From the NCBI RefSeq assembly GCF_009914755.1, contig NC_060930.1: 64,000 bases of DNA; one strand, written 5' to 3'. Shown in pieces: positions 1 through 13,573 of this stretch. The notes below the pieces were generated by a model. That model searched no databases, had not been told where the DNA came from, and saw only the letters and a list, made by a program, of their open reading frames with translations. Numbering within the stretch: the first letter of the stretch is position 1; the number at the start of each line of letters is the position of its first letter. This DNA is from the human T2T-CHM13v2.0 reference genome, Homo sapiens. The position numbers were made by a program, and so were the translations under genes.

Positions 1-86
1 GAATAATGAGAATTGATTGACTATGACTCATCAAGCTATTATGAAGATTAAATACATTTTTATTCATAAAGTCCTTACAAGACTGC

Positions 87-855
87 TGTCCTAGTTTAGG
101 CTGCTATAACAAATACCATAGACAGGGTGGCATAAACAACATTTATTTTCCATTTTTGAGGCAGTGAAATCCAAGATCAAGCTACTAGCTTGACATGGTT
201 TGGATCTGTGTCCCCATGCAAATCTCATGTTGAATTGTAATCCCCAGTGTTGGAGGTGGGGCATGGTGGGAGGTGATTGGATCATGGCGGCAGGTGGTTT
301 CTCATGACTGGTTTAGCACCATCCTCCTAGTGCTGTTCTCGTGATAGAGTTCTCACAAGATGTGGTTGTTTAAAACGGTGTAGCATGCCCCTCCTTCTCT
401 CTTGCTCCTGCTCCAGCTGTGTAAGACAGGTCTGCTTCCCCTTTGCCTTCCACCATGATTGGAAAGTTCCTGAGGCCTCCGCAGAAGCTGAAACAACTGT
501 GCTTCCTGTGTAACCTCCAGAACCAGGAGCCAATTAAGCCTCTTTTCTTTATAAATTACCCAGTCTAGATTTCTTTATAGCAGTGTGAGAACAAACTAAC
601 ACTTGGCTGATTCGTTTCCTTGTGAAGACCTGCTTCCAGGTTTGCAGATGGGTGACTTCTTGCTGTATTCTTACATGGTAGAGAAAGAGAAAGATCCTCT
701 CTCTCATATCTCTTTAAGAGACAGGAATCCCATTCATGAGGGCTCCATCCTCATGACCTAATTACCTCCTGAAGGCCCCACCTCCTAATGTCGTCATATT
801 GGGAATTAGGGCTTCAATACATGAATTTTGGGAAATAAGCATTCAGTCCATAGCA
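87..855 (-). mobile_element. MaLR solo LTR, MLT1A/MLT1A0-like, with an MST nested inside
   Basis: Starts tgtcctagtttaggctgctataacaaatacc, ends attcagtccatagca; perfect 5-bp TSD actgc at 82-86 and 856-860. Confidence 0.9.
191..603 (+). mobile_element. MaLR solo LTR, MSTA-like
   Basis: tgacatggtttggatctgtgtcccc...aatctcatgttgaattgtaatcccc...actaacac; TSD tagct/tggct. Confidence 0.92.
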
Positions 856-1514
856 ACTGCCTAACTCACAGTAAATGCTCAATATATGCCCTCTATTATT
901 ATTTTCTCAGTACTAGAACAGTAAAAGATCCCTCCACAGTTGGAAACAACAACACAAGATATTAAATAACACTCACTGAAAGTGTTATATAGTTAGGCTT
1001 TATAGTCAAGCAGAAAAAAAAATATATTTACTGCTATGTATTGTCTACCCTGCCATTTATAGGGTAGGGTAGACAGAAATATCCAAAAGTGCTTAAATTT
1101 TAGCAGTGGATTATGGCTTAACTTGTATTAATTAGTTTACTCATTCTTCATTTACATCATCTGTAAAACATTTACTCTGCATATTCATGTTGTGAAATAA
1201 ATGCTGTGGGCATACTAATATGAATAAATCTTGTATATAACTAACTAAATAAATAAAGATATGGGATAAGCAGTGACTTGATGGAAAGGTAAAGAAGATA
1301 CTAAAGGAATGTAGAGATGGGATAAATTCCCTGAGAGTTCTCTCAGCATTTTCCTGAGAACTTCCTGGTCTTAAAGCCAAGCTGATGTTTGTGATAAAAT
1401 AGGAGGGAAGCAGCAGCTTCAGTAAGGCCCATGGGCAAGGACCAGGTTGGCCATGATGATCTGTTAGGACTCCATCCCCTGCATTGATTCAACTATAACA
1501 CTATCATCAATTTT

Positions 1515-1740
1515 TTGGTTAAGAGCTTAGATGCTGACGCCAAGTCTGGCTGTTTTCAAGTTTCAATATTTCCTACTACCAACTCTGACCTTGAGCAAGT
1601 TCCTTAATTTCTCTGTGACCCAGTTTCCTTAATATATAAAATGAGGGTGATGATAGTGCCTTCTAGCATTTCTAGATTAAATGTTTCACAAGCACCCTAG
1701 AACTGTGTCTGGTACATGACATACTTTACTTCAATATTTA
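1515..1740 (+). mobile_element. MIR SINE
   Basis: Core motif tgaccttgagcaagttccttaatttctctgtgacccagtttccttaatatataaaatgagg. Confidence 0.75.
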
Positions 1741-2014
1741 ACAAATAATTAAGTGACCTGAATGTCCCACACCAGACACAAAGTAGTAGTCAGATAACGT
1801 AATTAACAATCAATTGTTGAATGAATAAGTGAAAAGTAAAAGACCCTGGAAAATGCTAGGAGGAAAGAAAATATGAAGGCATGACTTAAAAAGAGCTAAT
1901 TTGATAGTTAAGATACTTTAGATTGCTGCTGCCTTGCATGAAAGCTTCTAATGAGCTGACTTGGTTAATATTTAAAAGTCCAAACTTTATGGCATGGCAT
2001 ATTGACAAGAAAAG

Positions 2015-2350
2015 GACAGGGTTTGTGGCAGCAACATATAAACCCCCAAATCTCAATGGTTTGGAAACAAAAGCGTGTTTCTTTCTCTAGCACATTCTGA
2101 TGAAAGAGTTCTCATCTATTTGATCACTGAGAAATTCGGGCTGAGTTTATCTTGTGATACTATCATCTCATGTCACCCTGTGTGTGAAGAGAAGAATGGA
2201 GAAGGGAAATTGATTCTTAGTTGCCATGGCCTAGATGTGACATATGTCATTTCTGCTCAGAGTCCATTCCTCAGCACTGTCGTGTTCCAAAGGCAGCTGA
2301 GGGCTGGAAAATGTAGGGCACATATGGATATGCAATGAACAGCTTTCTCA
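2015..2350 (-). mobile_element. Ancient MaLR LTR fragment (MLT1J/K/L-like)
   Basis: aacccccaaatctcaatggttt...gtgacatatgtcatttctgctcagagtccatt...gggctggaaaatgtag. Confidence 0.55.
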
Positions 2351-2748
2351 GCCCCATATGGCATGCAAGGACCTCAGTAATCTGTGAGTGGCTATTTCCA
2401 CCTATCTTTCAAACCCAGTGAAGGTCTGAGGTCTCATGACACTGACAAATAATCACTCTATGTATGGAACAGGCTTTCATCACATGAAGTCTGGTAATGA
2501 TACTTGCTAGGTGCTGGCTCTATGGGAGTGACAAATACAGGATATAGCTTCTGCCTTTGAGGAACTTACAGTATGGTAAAGGAAATGCGAAGGTAAGAGT
2601 AGAAGGCAATGTAGAATCAATTGCAACTGAGTGCCAGAGATAAGCTAGCTTGGTTTTAGTACAAGGACCTTGAGGTCTGGAATCAGGCAGCCCCGGGCCC
2701 CAAAGTTCACTACTTGCATTATCTTAAGCAAGTCACTTAATCTCTAAC

Positions 2749-2754
<6 letters not shown>

Positions 2755-2789
<35 letters not shown>

Positions 2790-2808
2790 ACACACACACA
2801 CACACACA
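2755..2808. repeat. Compound microsatellite (TG)16-TA-(CA)10
   Basis: Read directly; follows a MIR fragment (~2650-2750) and lies just upstream of a Tigger element. Confidence 0.95.
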
Positions 2809-2820
2809 TACACATGTATA

Positions 2821-3138
2821 CAGGGTGAGAATCCAAAAATCTGATATTGAAAATGCTCCCAAATCCAATATTATTTAAGTGGTGACATGATACCACGGTG
2901 GAAAATTCTACACATAAGCACTCAACACAATTTTGTTTCAGGCACAAAATTAATACAAATGTATAAAATTATCTTCAGGCTATGTGTAGAAAGTATAAAA
3001 ACCATAAATGAATTTTGTGTTTAGACTTACGTCCTTTTCCCAAGACATATATCTACAAATATTCTAAAATACGGAAGAAAAGTACAAATCCAAAACACTT
3101 CTGGTCCCAAGCATTTCAGATAAGGAATACTCAATCTG
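2821..3138. mobile_element. TcMar-Tigger MITE (MER46/Tigger4-like)
   Basis: Termini cagggtgagaatcc / ggaatactcaatctg with TA flanks; internal aaaacacttctggtcccaagcatttcagataagg. Confidence 0.85.
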
Positions 3139-5138
3139 TATGTATCCTTAAGACTCAATAACTCAAGAAGTAGTAGCTACTGTTATTTTTAATAAAAGAC
3201 ATCCTTGATAAGAAATAGATTTTTTTTTCAGACATGGGATAAAATAGGACATTATCCCAGTTACCCTTTTTAAACCTCTGTTGAACAGCAGCCCAAAAGC
3301 AAAGGTAAAGATATTATTCATCTAGTCTGAAAGAATTTCTTCTAGATTATCTGGTTGATAGGTATCTCTCCTAAGTGGCTCGTCACTCACTCTCCCTTGG
3401 TGGAAACACAGACCGTGATAACTCAGAACCTAAGCTTAAAAGATGTTTTCTGCTATGTTTCAGGGGAAAACAGGACCACAAAACCTACACCCAGCAAGAC
3501 TGCAGTAGCATTTGGTTAGGGATACCTCTGCAGTGGTAAGCAGTACTAGATTTATGCCTCACCAGAGGTACTGCCACTGGTACCCACAGTGCCTGTAACA
3601 CCCTTTCAGAGGCATGCAGTTGGGATGAAGGGGGCACATAAAATATGAAAGTAACCAATGAACTTCTCATTTTAGCAAACACCTCCCCACTTTCTAGCCT
3701 CCACATCCTTAGATATGGGGGACTTCCTTTTCCCAAGTCCATCGCTACAGGTTTTCAAATCATAGTTTACTGAATTATTTCAAAACTTACTGAATGAGAA
3801 GTTATTATCCACTTGGCTCTCTTGATTTCCAGAGTCAACTTAGAAGAGCAGATGTTCCGTTTCTTTCCCCAGGCGCTATCTATCCCAGATCGGGGGCTCT
3901 GGGAACTGACAGAGGTGTCGACAGATCTCCCACATACATCCTGATTCATGATAAAGGGAGCCTGACTGAAAAAGTTCTCACTCTCTCGTATCACACTACT
4001 GACTGTGACAAACATCAGTAGATCCTTTTTTTTTTTCTACTACCATGAATAAGAATATCATTTTACCATTTCTCTCAGAGCACAGAAGCAAATAGAAAGG
4101 AAGAATCCCATTATTTTCATTGCATAAAGCTATCTTGGGCTCTGTTCATCAGAGAGTTCAATTTTGCTGAATAATTCTCTATAGACACGAATGATAGAAG
4201 AGGGGATCATTACCCATCTGTTTGCCCTCTCGGCTTTTGTTCAGCCCTTATTGTCTTTTCAATCTGGATCCATCTGATTGCTTTAGTGACGCAGGAAGAC
4301 ATCACCAAATATGAGCACATTCCCAGGCCCAGGAGCCTCTCGCCACACTGAGGCAGAATGATACAGAGTATTTTGCCTTGGAGCATTTCAGCAAACTGGG
4401 GCTGGAATACGATGCTTAAGGTCAAAGCAATGGCATCTGTAGCTGGGAAAGGGCCAACGGAGATCATTTTTATCTTCTACTGTACACATGCAGTCTATTT
4501 ATCACCAGGCATCAAGACCTTTACTGAACAGCCAGGAAAATCACAGAGAGCAGAGCTCTGGTCTCTGCTGTCAGAGGTGCTATTTGTATTATTTTGCCTT
4601 GTTTTTCCCTGGAACCTCATATAAAGCTTTTTCAGGCTTGGGCAAAGCTTTGCTTGGATTTTCGTGTCAAGAAGACAAATTTAAACTGGAGTTTGGAAAG
4701 GAAGGAGAGACTTTTGAGCAGTATTATTTCTGACTTCCAGTTTGTAGAATCCACAGGAAATTCTTTTTGGGAAATGGATATGGTTGCCAAATTGTATAAA
4801 CTTAATTAGAAAATAAAATGATTGTTTTCTATCAAACCACATCCACTTAAGCCCCATGTGAAAAACCCATCTCTAATTCTCTTCTGACATTCTTTTTGAT
4901 GTGAGCAGAATTACAGATTATTAAATAGAGACAGTTTAGAATCAAAACCTTTTCATTGCTGAAAATTGCCTTTCACTTATTTTGTAAAGTCCACCTGACT
5001 TTCTACGAGCCCTATTATAGAAAGGAAATTGTAGCTATACTTAAATCCTTTCAATTCACGCTCTTAGATCCAATAGGATGTAAAAGGTAAGAGAAACACT
5101 AACATCTTACAGGGCCTGGGTTCAATTCTACACTGAAA

Positions 5139-5160
5139 ACACACACACACACACACACAC
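5139..5160. repeat. (AC)11 microsatellite
   Basis: Read directly. Confidence 0.95.
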
Positions 5161-7530
5161 AAAACACCCTATGTCCTTTACATCTCAGAACTTCATTTTC
5201 CTCACCAATAAAAATACAGTTGAACAAAATTGCTTCTAAAGTCCTCTCTTTTTCTGAAAGTGTCTTTTCCTTGATAGTATTTCCTTCGAGTAACATTTGC
5301 ACTATGTATTTACTATTTCTCTATATTGATTTTGTGGCTACTCTATTAACTAGAAACATACTTACCTTTGTCTTCATGAGTGTAACAGGCCAAAATGGAG
5401 AAAGTGACATGACCTTCAACCTTTAAAAGCACGTTGTCCTAAACAATTTCTGGGCTGTGCTCCTAATGTACTTGTGATTATGCCTCTTGTTTCATTTAAG
5501 ATTTGGCAATAAGAAATTTAGAAAGAAGATGCCTATTATGTTTTCATTCTCTCCCCTACCCATTTTCATTTAACAATGCACTGCTATGCTATCATGTACT
5601 TATTTTGTAATTTACTGTTAATTTTTGTGACACCATCATAATCAGCATTTCAAAGCATATTTGAAAGATGCATTGTTTCATGCCGTTTTTGTACAGTAAA
5701 TTGCATTTTGATGTTATCCATTTTCAAGGTTGCTAAAGCACACTCATAACAGGTCATCATGATCCTAGATAAAAACAACCCAGAAGCACCAGATTACACA
5801 TCCCAACTTAAAAAAATACAGGGATCTGATTTTGCTTTTCAGATTCAAAGAACTGGCTTCATCCTGTACTTCTTCAGTGCTTGAGGGAAAAATATAATAA
5901 GATATTAAGATATAGCTTCAAAATTCTGCTCCTCGAAAGTCCTGTGTAGTGTTCACTTACATTTCTGAGAAATAAAGAGAAGAGGTTAATAAGCCACATT
6001 TACTAAGTCTCTTCTATCATATATTCCAGATGCCGAATACTTTTGCTTCTAATCCCTAAGTGGGTAGTAGTATGCTTATACTGCAGATGAGAGCTAAATG
6101 TTTGCAAATATTTTAGAAATTGCTGTATGTTTCACAAAAAGAAAATACACATCTTTTCGAATTTGTTTTTTCTCTGTCTGGTATTTCACAAGGAGGACCA
6201 AGGTTTAAATATTTTTCCGTCTTGCAAAGGATCTTTACTGAGCCAACCATAATGGAGCATGTAATTCATGAGCCCAAAGTCCTTCTCTGCTATAGAAGCA
6301 TCTACTTGCCCTACACTTTTTATGATAAAAGAGGACACAGTCCCTCCCTCCCTCCCTCCCTCCCTTTTTCTTTTGTTCCTTTATTTTTCATTTATTTAAA
6401 GACTATGTTTTTAGAATATTTAAAGCTCACAGCAAAATTAGGAGAAATGTACAGAGATTTTCCATATGACCCTTGCCCCTTCACATGCATAGTCTGCCTT
6501 ATTATCAACATCCCCCTTCTGAGTGGTACATTAGTTAGCATTAATAATCCTCCATTGACACATCATTATCACCCAGAGTCCATAGTTTACCATAGTATAA
6601 TCTATGGGTTTGACAAAACATATAATGACATATATCCACCATTATAGTATCATATAGAATAGTTTCACTCCCCTAAAAATACTGTGTGCTCTGTCTATTC
6701 ATGCCCCCCTCCCCAACCCCTGGCAACCACTCATCTTTTTACTGTCCCCATAGCTTTGCCTTTTCCAGAATGTCATATAATTGGAATAATAAGTATGTAT
6801 CCTTTTCATATTGTCTTCTTTCACTTAATTATATGCATTTAAGTTTCCTCTATGTCTTTTCATGGCTTGATAACTAATTTCCTTTTAACACTGAATAATA
6901 TTCCATGGTCTGGATGTACCACAGTTTATCTATTCACCTACTAAAGGACATTTTGGTCACTTCCAAGTTTTGGTAATCATGAATAAAACTGCTGTAAACA
7001 CCTGAGTAACAGTTTAGTCCACAAGTTTATGTGTGGGCATAAGTTTTCATCTCCTTTGAGTAAATACCATGGAGAGTAATTGCTAGATCATATGGTAAGA
7101 ATATGTTTAGTTTGGTAAGAAACTTCTGTTTTCCAAAGCTGCAGTACTATTTTGTATTCCCACCAGCAATGATTGACAGTACCTGTTGTTCCACATTCTT
7201 GTCAGCATTTGGTTTTGTCTGTGTTACAGATTTTGGCCATTCTAATGCGTGTGTATTGCTATCTCATTATTGTTTTAATTTGTATTTTCCTGATGACATA
7301 GGAAGTGGAACATATTTTCATATGCTGATTTGTCACCTGTATATCTTCTTTCAGATGCGTGTTGCAGTCTTTGGTTTATTGTTTAAATCAGGTTATTTTC
7401 TTATTGTTGAGTTTTTAAGTTTCTAATATATTTGATATATATAAATAATATATCAAAATAGTTGTATTTTGGGGCTGATGCTTTGTGTTTTAAAAATTTT
7501 TAAATTAGAAACTCAAATTTTTAATAGATA

Positions 7531-7682
7531 TATCAAAATAGTTGTATTTTGATATATTGTATCAAAATATAGTTGTATTTTGATATATTGTATCAAAATA
7601 TAGTTGTATTTTGATATATTGTATCAAAATATAGTTGTATTTTGATATATTGTATCAAAATATAGTTGTATTTTGATATATT
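7531..7682. repeat. AT-rich 31-bp minisatellite (tatcaaaatatagttgtattttgatatattg) x4 plus one 29-bp variant
   Basis: Units start at 7531 (variant), 7560, 7591, 7622, 7653; partial unit at 7451-7470. Confidence 0.95.
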
Positions 7683-8394
7683 ATTTGATATATTTGATAT
7701 ATATTATTTTATATATTAATATATTATTTTGATATAAAAGTATTTGCAAAAAGACTCATGTGATAAAGACCTATATAGTAGTACTAATAGGACTATGTAA
7801 TAGTCCTTTATGATTTGTGTCTTTTTGCAAATATTTTCTCCCAGTCTGTGGCTTGTCTTCTTATTCTCTTGTCATTGTATTTAACAAACCAGAAGTTTCT
7901 GGGGGTTTTTTAAGTGTAGCTTCTCAATTTTTATCTCATTATTTGTGACTGGTGTTTTATTCAAAAAGTCATTACCATACCCAAAGTTTTTTATATTTTC
8001 TTTGATGCTATCTTCTAGGAGTTTTATAGTTTTTCTTTTTTTCACTGAGGTCTATGATGCATTTTGAGTTAATTTTTGTAAAGTGTGTGTGGTCTTTGTC
8101 TAGCTCACTGTTTTGCATGTGGCTCTCCAGTTCTAGCACCATTCACTGAAAGACTATTGGTTGCCTATCTTGATGTGGGTCTATTTCTGGGATCTCAGTT
8201 CTCTTCTTTTGATCTATTTCTTTATTCTTTAACTAATATGACATTATCTTGGTTTCTATAGATTCATGGTAAGTCCTGAAGTCATGTAGTGTCAGTTCTC
8301 AAACTTTGTTCTTCTTCAATTTTGCATCAGGAATTATGGGTTTTTGCCTCTCCATAAAAACATTAGAATCATTTTGTTGATATCTACACAATAA

Positions 8395-8752
<358 letters not shown>

Positions 8753-10940
8753 TGCATTGAATCTATATATCAATTTGGGAGTAACTGACATCTTGAAAAT
8801 ACTGAGTCTTCCTAACTATGAACATGGAATAGCTCTCCATTTATTTAGTTCTTTCTTGATTTCATTGATCACAATTTCATTGTTTTTTGCATATAGATCT
8901 TATACATATATTATTAGATTTATAATTAACTATTTTATTTTGGGGGATGCTAATGTAAATGGCATAGTGTTTTGGATCTAGAATTTCACTTGTTCATTGC
9001 TGGTATATAGGAAAGCAATTGACTTTTGTATATGAATCTTATATCCTACAACTTTGCCATAATTGTGTAATAGTGTTTTTGTTTCATCAATTTTTAAAGA
9101 TTTTCTTCATAAATGATTATGTCATCTGCAAACAAAACAGTTTTATTTTCCTTTCCTGTCTGTATATTTTTTACTTCCTTTTCTTGTGTTATTGCATTAG
9201 CTAGTACTTCCAATATGATGCTCAAAAGTAGTAGTGAGAGAAGACATCCTTGCCTTCCTCCTAATTTTTAAATCATTGGAAAAGCTTCAGGCTTCTCATC
9301 ATTAAGATGTTAGCTATAGGTTTTTGTAGATTTTTAAAAAAATTTATCAAGTTAAAGACATTCCAGAATTTTTATCATGAATGAGTATTGGATTTTTTAA
9401 AATTCTTTTTTTCTGCATCTATGGATATGATCATGTGATTTTTCTTTTTTATAATGTTAATGTGATAGATTACATTGATTGATTTTTAAATGTTTATCCA
9501 GTCTTGAATACCTGGGATACATCTCACTTGCTGATGGTGTATACTTCTTTTTATACATTGTTGGATTTGATTTGCTGGGTTTTTTTTTTTTTTTGAGAAT
9601 TTTTACATCTATCTTCATGAGAGATATTGGTTTGTAGTTTTCCTTACTTTTAACACTTTTTCCTGGTTTTAGTATTAGGGTTACTCTTGCCTCATAGAAT
9701 GAGTTAGGAAGTATCGCCTCTGCTGCTATCCCCTGAAGGAGATTGTAGAGAACTGAAATAATTTCTCCCTTAAACATGTGGTAGAATTTACCAGTGACTA
9801 CATCTGGGCCTGATGCTTTGTGTTTTAGAAATTTTAAAATTTGAAACTCAAATTTTTAATAGATGATAATTCAGATTGTCTATTACTTCTTGTGGAATTT
9901 TTGGCAAATTGTATCTTTCAGGGAATTGATTCACTTCATTTAGATTACCAAACTTGAGAGCATAGAGGTATTTATACTATTCCTTTATTATCCATTTAAT
10001 ATTTACAGGATCTGTAGTATTGTTCTCTGTTTCATTTCTGATGTAATTTATATCCTTTCTCTTTTTGCATATTAGGCATGGAAGAGGCTTATTAATTTTA
10101 TTGATCTTTTCAAAGAAACAGCTTTGGGTTTTATTGCTTTACCCTACTGATTTCAGGTTTTTTATTTCACTGATTTCTGCTTTAATTTTTATTACTGCTT
10201 TCCTTCTTGTTACTTTGGATTTCATTTGCTTTTCCTTTTCTAGTTTGCTAAGGTAGAAACTTGTATTGTTGATTTTAGATTTTTCTTCTTTTCTAATGTA
10301 TGCATTCAATGCTATAAATTTCCCTGTAAGCTTTGCTTTCGTACATCCCACAAATTTCAATCTGTGTTTTCCATTTTCATTTAGTTCAAAGTATTTTTAA
10401 ATGTGTCTTGAGATTTCTTATTTAATTCATGTGTTATTTAGAAGTATGTTGTTTAATCTTCATGTATTTGGGATTTTTCATTTATTTTTTCAGTAATCTC
10501 TAGTTTAAGTGTATTTTGGTCTGAGAGCAGAACTTACATGATTTTTATTTTTTAATATGTGTTAAGGTATGTTTTATGGCCCACAATGTGGTCTACCTTG
10601 GTAAATGCTCTATGTGAGCTTCAGAAAAATGTGTTTTCTGCTATTGTTGCATGAAGTTGATTATATCCAGCTGATTGATGGTATTGTTGAATTCAAATAT
10701 ATCCTTGCTGCCTTTCTGCCTGCTGGATTTCTCTATTTCTGATGGGGGTGTTGATGTCTCCAACTATAATAATGAGTTCACCTTTTCCTTCTTGCAGCTG
10801 TATGAGATTTTGCTTCACTCAGTTCGACTGTCTGTTGTCACATTAAGAATTGTTATGTCTTCTTGTAGCATTGACTGCTTTATTGTAATGTAACGCTTCT
10901 TTTTATCTCTGATAACTCTCCTTGCTTTGAAGTCTGTTCT

Positions 10941-10942
<2 letters not shown>

Positions 10943-10988
<46 letters not shown>
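10943..10988. repeat. (TG)23 microsatellite
   Basis: Read directly. Confidence 0.95.
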
Positions 10989-10991
<3 letters not shown>

Positions 10992-11393
10992 CATGGTATA
11001 TCTTTCTCCATCCATTTACTTTTAATCTATGTGTGTCTTTATATTTAAAGTGGGTATCTTGTAGACAACATATGGTTGGGTCTTGTTTTTAATTCATTCT
11101 GACAATCTTTTTTCTTTAAGTAGATCATTTAGACCATTGACATTCAAAGTGATTATTGATATTTAGATATTTAGATTAAGATTTACTTGGAACAGTTCTC
11201 TAGTTCTTTTTCTTGTTCTTATTTTTGTCCTTTTTTCTGCTATATGTGGTTTTAATCGAGCATTTTACATGATGCCATTTTATCTCCTTTCTTAGCATAT
11301 CAGTTATACTTCTATTTTTATTTTTAGTGGTTGCCCTAGAGTTTGTAGTGTATGCTTACAACTATATATTATATATAAATAAGCACACATAAT

Positions 11394-11778
11394 TATTATG
11401 GTTTGGATTTTTACATCCTCTCCAAAATTCATAGCTTGAAACCTAATCACCTAATCTGCAATGTAATAGGATCAAAAGGTGGGGTCTTTAAGAGGTAATT
11501 AAGTAATAAAGTCAGAGCTCCCATAGATGAGATTAGGACTCATAAAAAGGCTCAAGGTGGAAGAGGGAGTATACTTCCTCTCTTGCCCTTCCACCTTATA
11601 TCATGTGAGGACACAGTGTTCCTCCCCTCTAGAAGTCAGGAAGAAAGGGCCTTGCCAGATGCTGGTGCCTTGGTCTTAGACTTCTCAGCATCCAGAACTG
11701 TGAGAAATAAATTTCTGTTCATTACACATTACCTAGTCTTTGATATTCTGTTATAGCTGCAGAAAATGGACAAGGACA
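11394..11778 (+). mobile_element. MaLR solo LTR, MLT1A-like, inside L1MC1
   Basis: tattatggtttgga...ccaaaattcat...cagaactgtgagaaataaatttctgttc...aggaca; TSD ataat at 11389-11393 and 11779-11783. Confidence 0.88.
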
Positions 11779-13573
11779 ATAATCAAATACATTGCTGTTA
11801 TTATGAATTTTGAACAAACTGTTGTCTAATCAATTAAGAATAAGAAAAACAAAAATTTCTATTTTATCTTCACTTATTCTTTTTTTAATACTCTTCTTTA
11901 TGTAAACATGAGTTCTGAACTATAGTATTTTCCTTCTCTCTAAGGAACTTCTTTTAACATTTCTTACATGGCAGTTCTACTGGCAACAAATTCCTCAATT
12001 TTTGTTTTTCTGAGAAAGTCTTACTACATCTTCAGTTTGGGAGGATAATTTTGCAGAGTGCAGAATTCTAGGTCAGTGGCATTTTTTTTCTCAACACTTT
12101 AAAAATCTCTTCCACTCTCTTCTTACATGTATTATTTCTGAGGAAAAGTCATATATAATTATTTTCCTTGCTCCTCTAAAGGTAAAGTGTTTTTATCCTG
12201 ACGTTTTCAGGGCTTTTCCTTCATCTTCGGTTTTCTGTAGTTTGAAAATAATGTGCCTAGGGAGGTGGGACAAGATGGCCTACTAGATACAACCAGGAAG
12301 TGCTACTCCCACCAAGGAGACCAAATTATTGAGTAAACCACCATAACTTGGGTGTATCTTCAGATAGAAAATGCCAAGAGTGGATGTAGAAACAATATTG
12401 AAGCTTAAGCTAAAGAGGAAGGAAGTTTAGACCCTTGAGTGGGGTACTAGGAGTACTAGGAGTAGTTTCTGGCCCTGAATGGTTCATGGGAAAAGGATTA
12501 GTGAGGGAACTGAAGGATGGCTCACTCTCACTGTGGACCTCTTAGATCCTAGCTACGGGTGACTGCATCCCCTGTGATTATGTGAGCAGGCATAGGGATC
12601 TGCCTCTCCACAGAAACAGAGACAGGCCTTCAGATGACATAGAGCTGGGAAGCTTTTGTGAGCTGGGCAGCTTCGCCAGAGAGTGGCCATGGACGCCCAT
12701 CCCCCAGGGCTCCGCATCCCTTTCCAGGAGCTGTAAGTCTCAACTGACCTCTAAGCCAGGAGGCAGCAGGGCTAGCTCCCCATTGGACCTAGGATGCATC
12801 TGTTCCAATGGGAAGATGCAAGCTCCCCTGCCCACCAGCCCTTCCCAGGGCTAGTCAACTGCAGGAGCAGGTGCACAGTGCTGTCCTTGCATGCCATACT
12901 GAGTGCATTTCTGTACCTGAGTACTTTCCTGGTGACCTGGGAGCACATAAGATCCCCCTGTGCAGCTGGAACCCGACCCCAAGCTGTGGGATGTTCTGGT
13001 GTCCCAAGAGCTGTGGTGTTCAGCTGGGGAATATGGAGATATTGCAGGGGAGAACCCCGACCCTCAGAGCATTGAGAAGGGCAAGATGCATGGGTTCCTG
13101 GGCCAGGGCAGGAGTGGGGCATGCCTTCCTCTACAAGGCCAGTCTAGAAATGGTGTGGCTTATCTCCCTGCTGCAGCCTCTGCCTGAGAGAGCCCCACAG
13201 CCCAGAACATCTAACAAAAGCAATGTGGATGCATTGCCAGTGATCAGAATGGCTCCCCCAAGTCCCAGGAATGAACCTGGTGAGGAGGCTATGCCCCACC
13301 TCAACCACAGAGCACACTTTGAATGTCAGAAAATACAAAAGAGCTGTGAGCGTGGGTATTAACCTAGCTACCGACCATTACTCTTAAGTGACATCTACTG
13401 GATTGCAGCCCAAAAGACAATACCATAAAGATTGCCGCTAATATGTATACCTGTGAACCCAAATGCAAGAATTCATCCACACATAAAGGTCCTGTACAGA
13501 GCCCTTGCCCTATGAAAACAACAGAAACAAAGCCAACTGCTTATACCTAACTTACACCAGAGTTAAAGGAACA

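Larger units (their letters stand above)
1..900 (+). mobile_element. MIR SINE 3' part, split by the MLT1A insertion (pieces ~1-86 and ~856-900)
   Basis: Joining gtccttacaagactgc to ctaactcacagtaaatgctcaata across the LTR restores a MIR-like 3' end. Confidence 0.6.

Noticed and set aside
6120-6647. 175-aa ORF
   Set aside because: Non-ATG start; runs through a ccct repeat into the antisense L1MC1 3' UTR.
7531-7682. CRISPR-like array of palindromic 31-bp repeats
   Set aside because: Units are head to tail with no unique spacers, there are no cas genes and the DNA is primate.
12582-13362. Cluster of overlapping ORFs up to 184 aa
   Set aside because: They lie in the GC-richer 5' UTR of an old L1 where stop codons are rarer; no recognisable protein.
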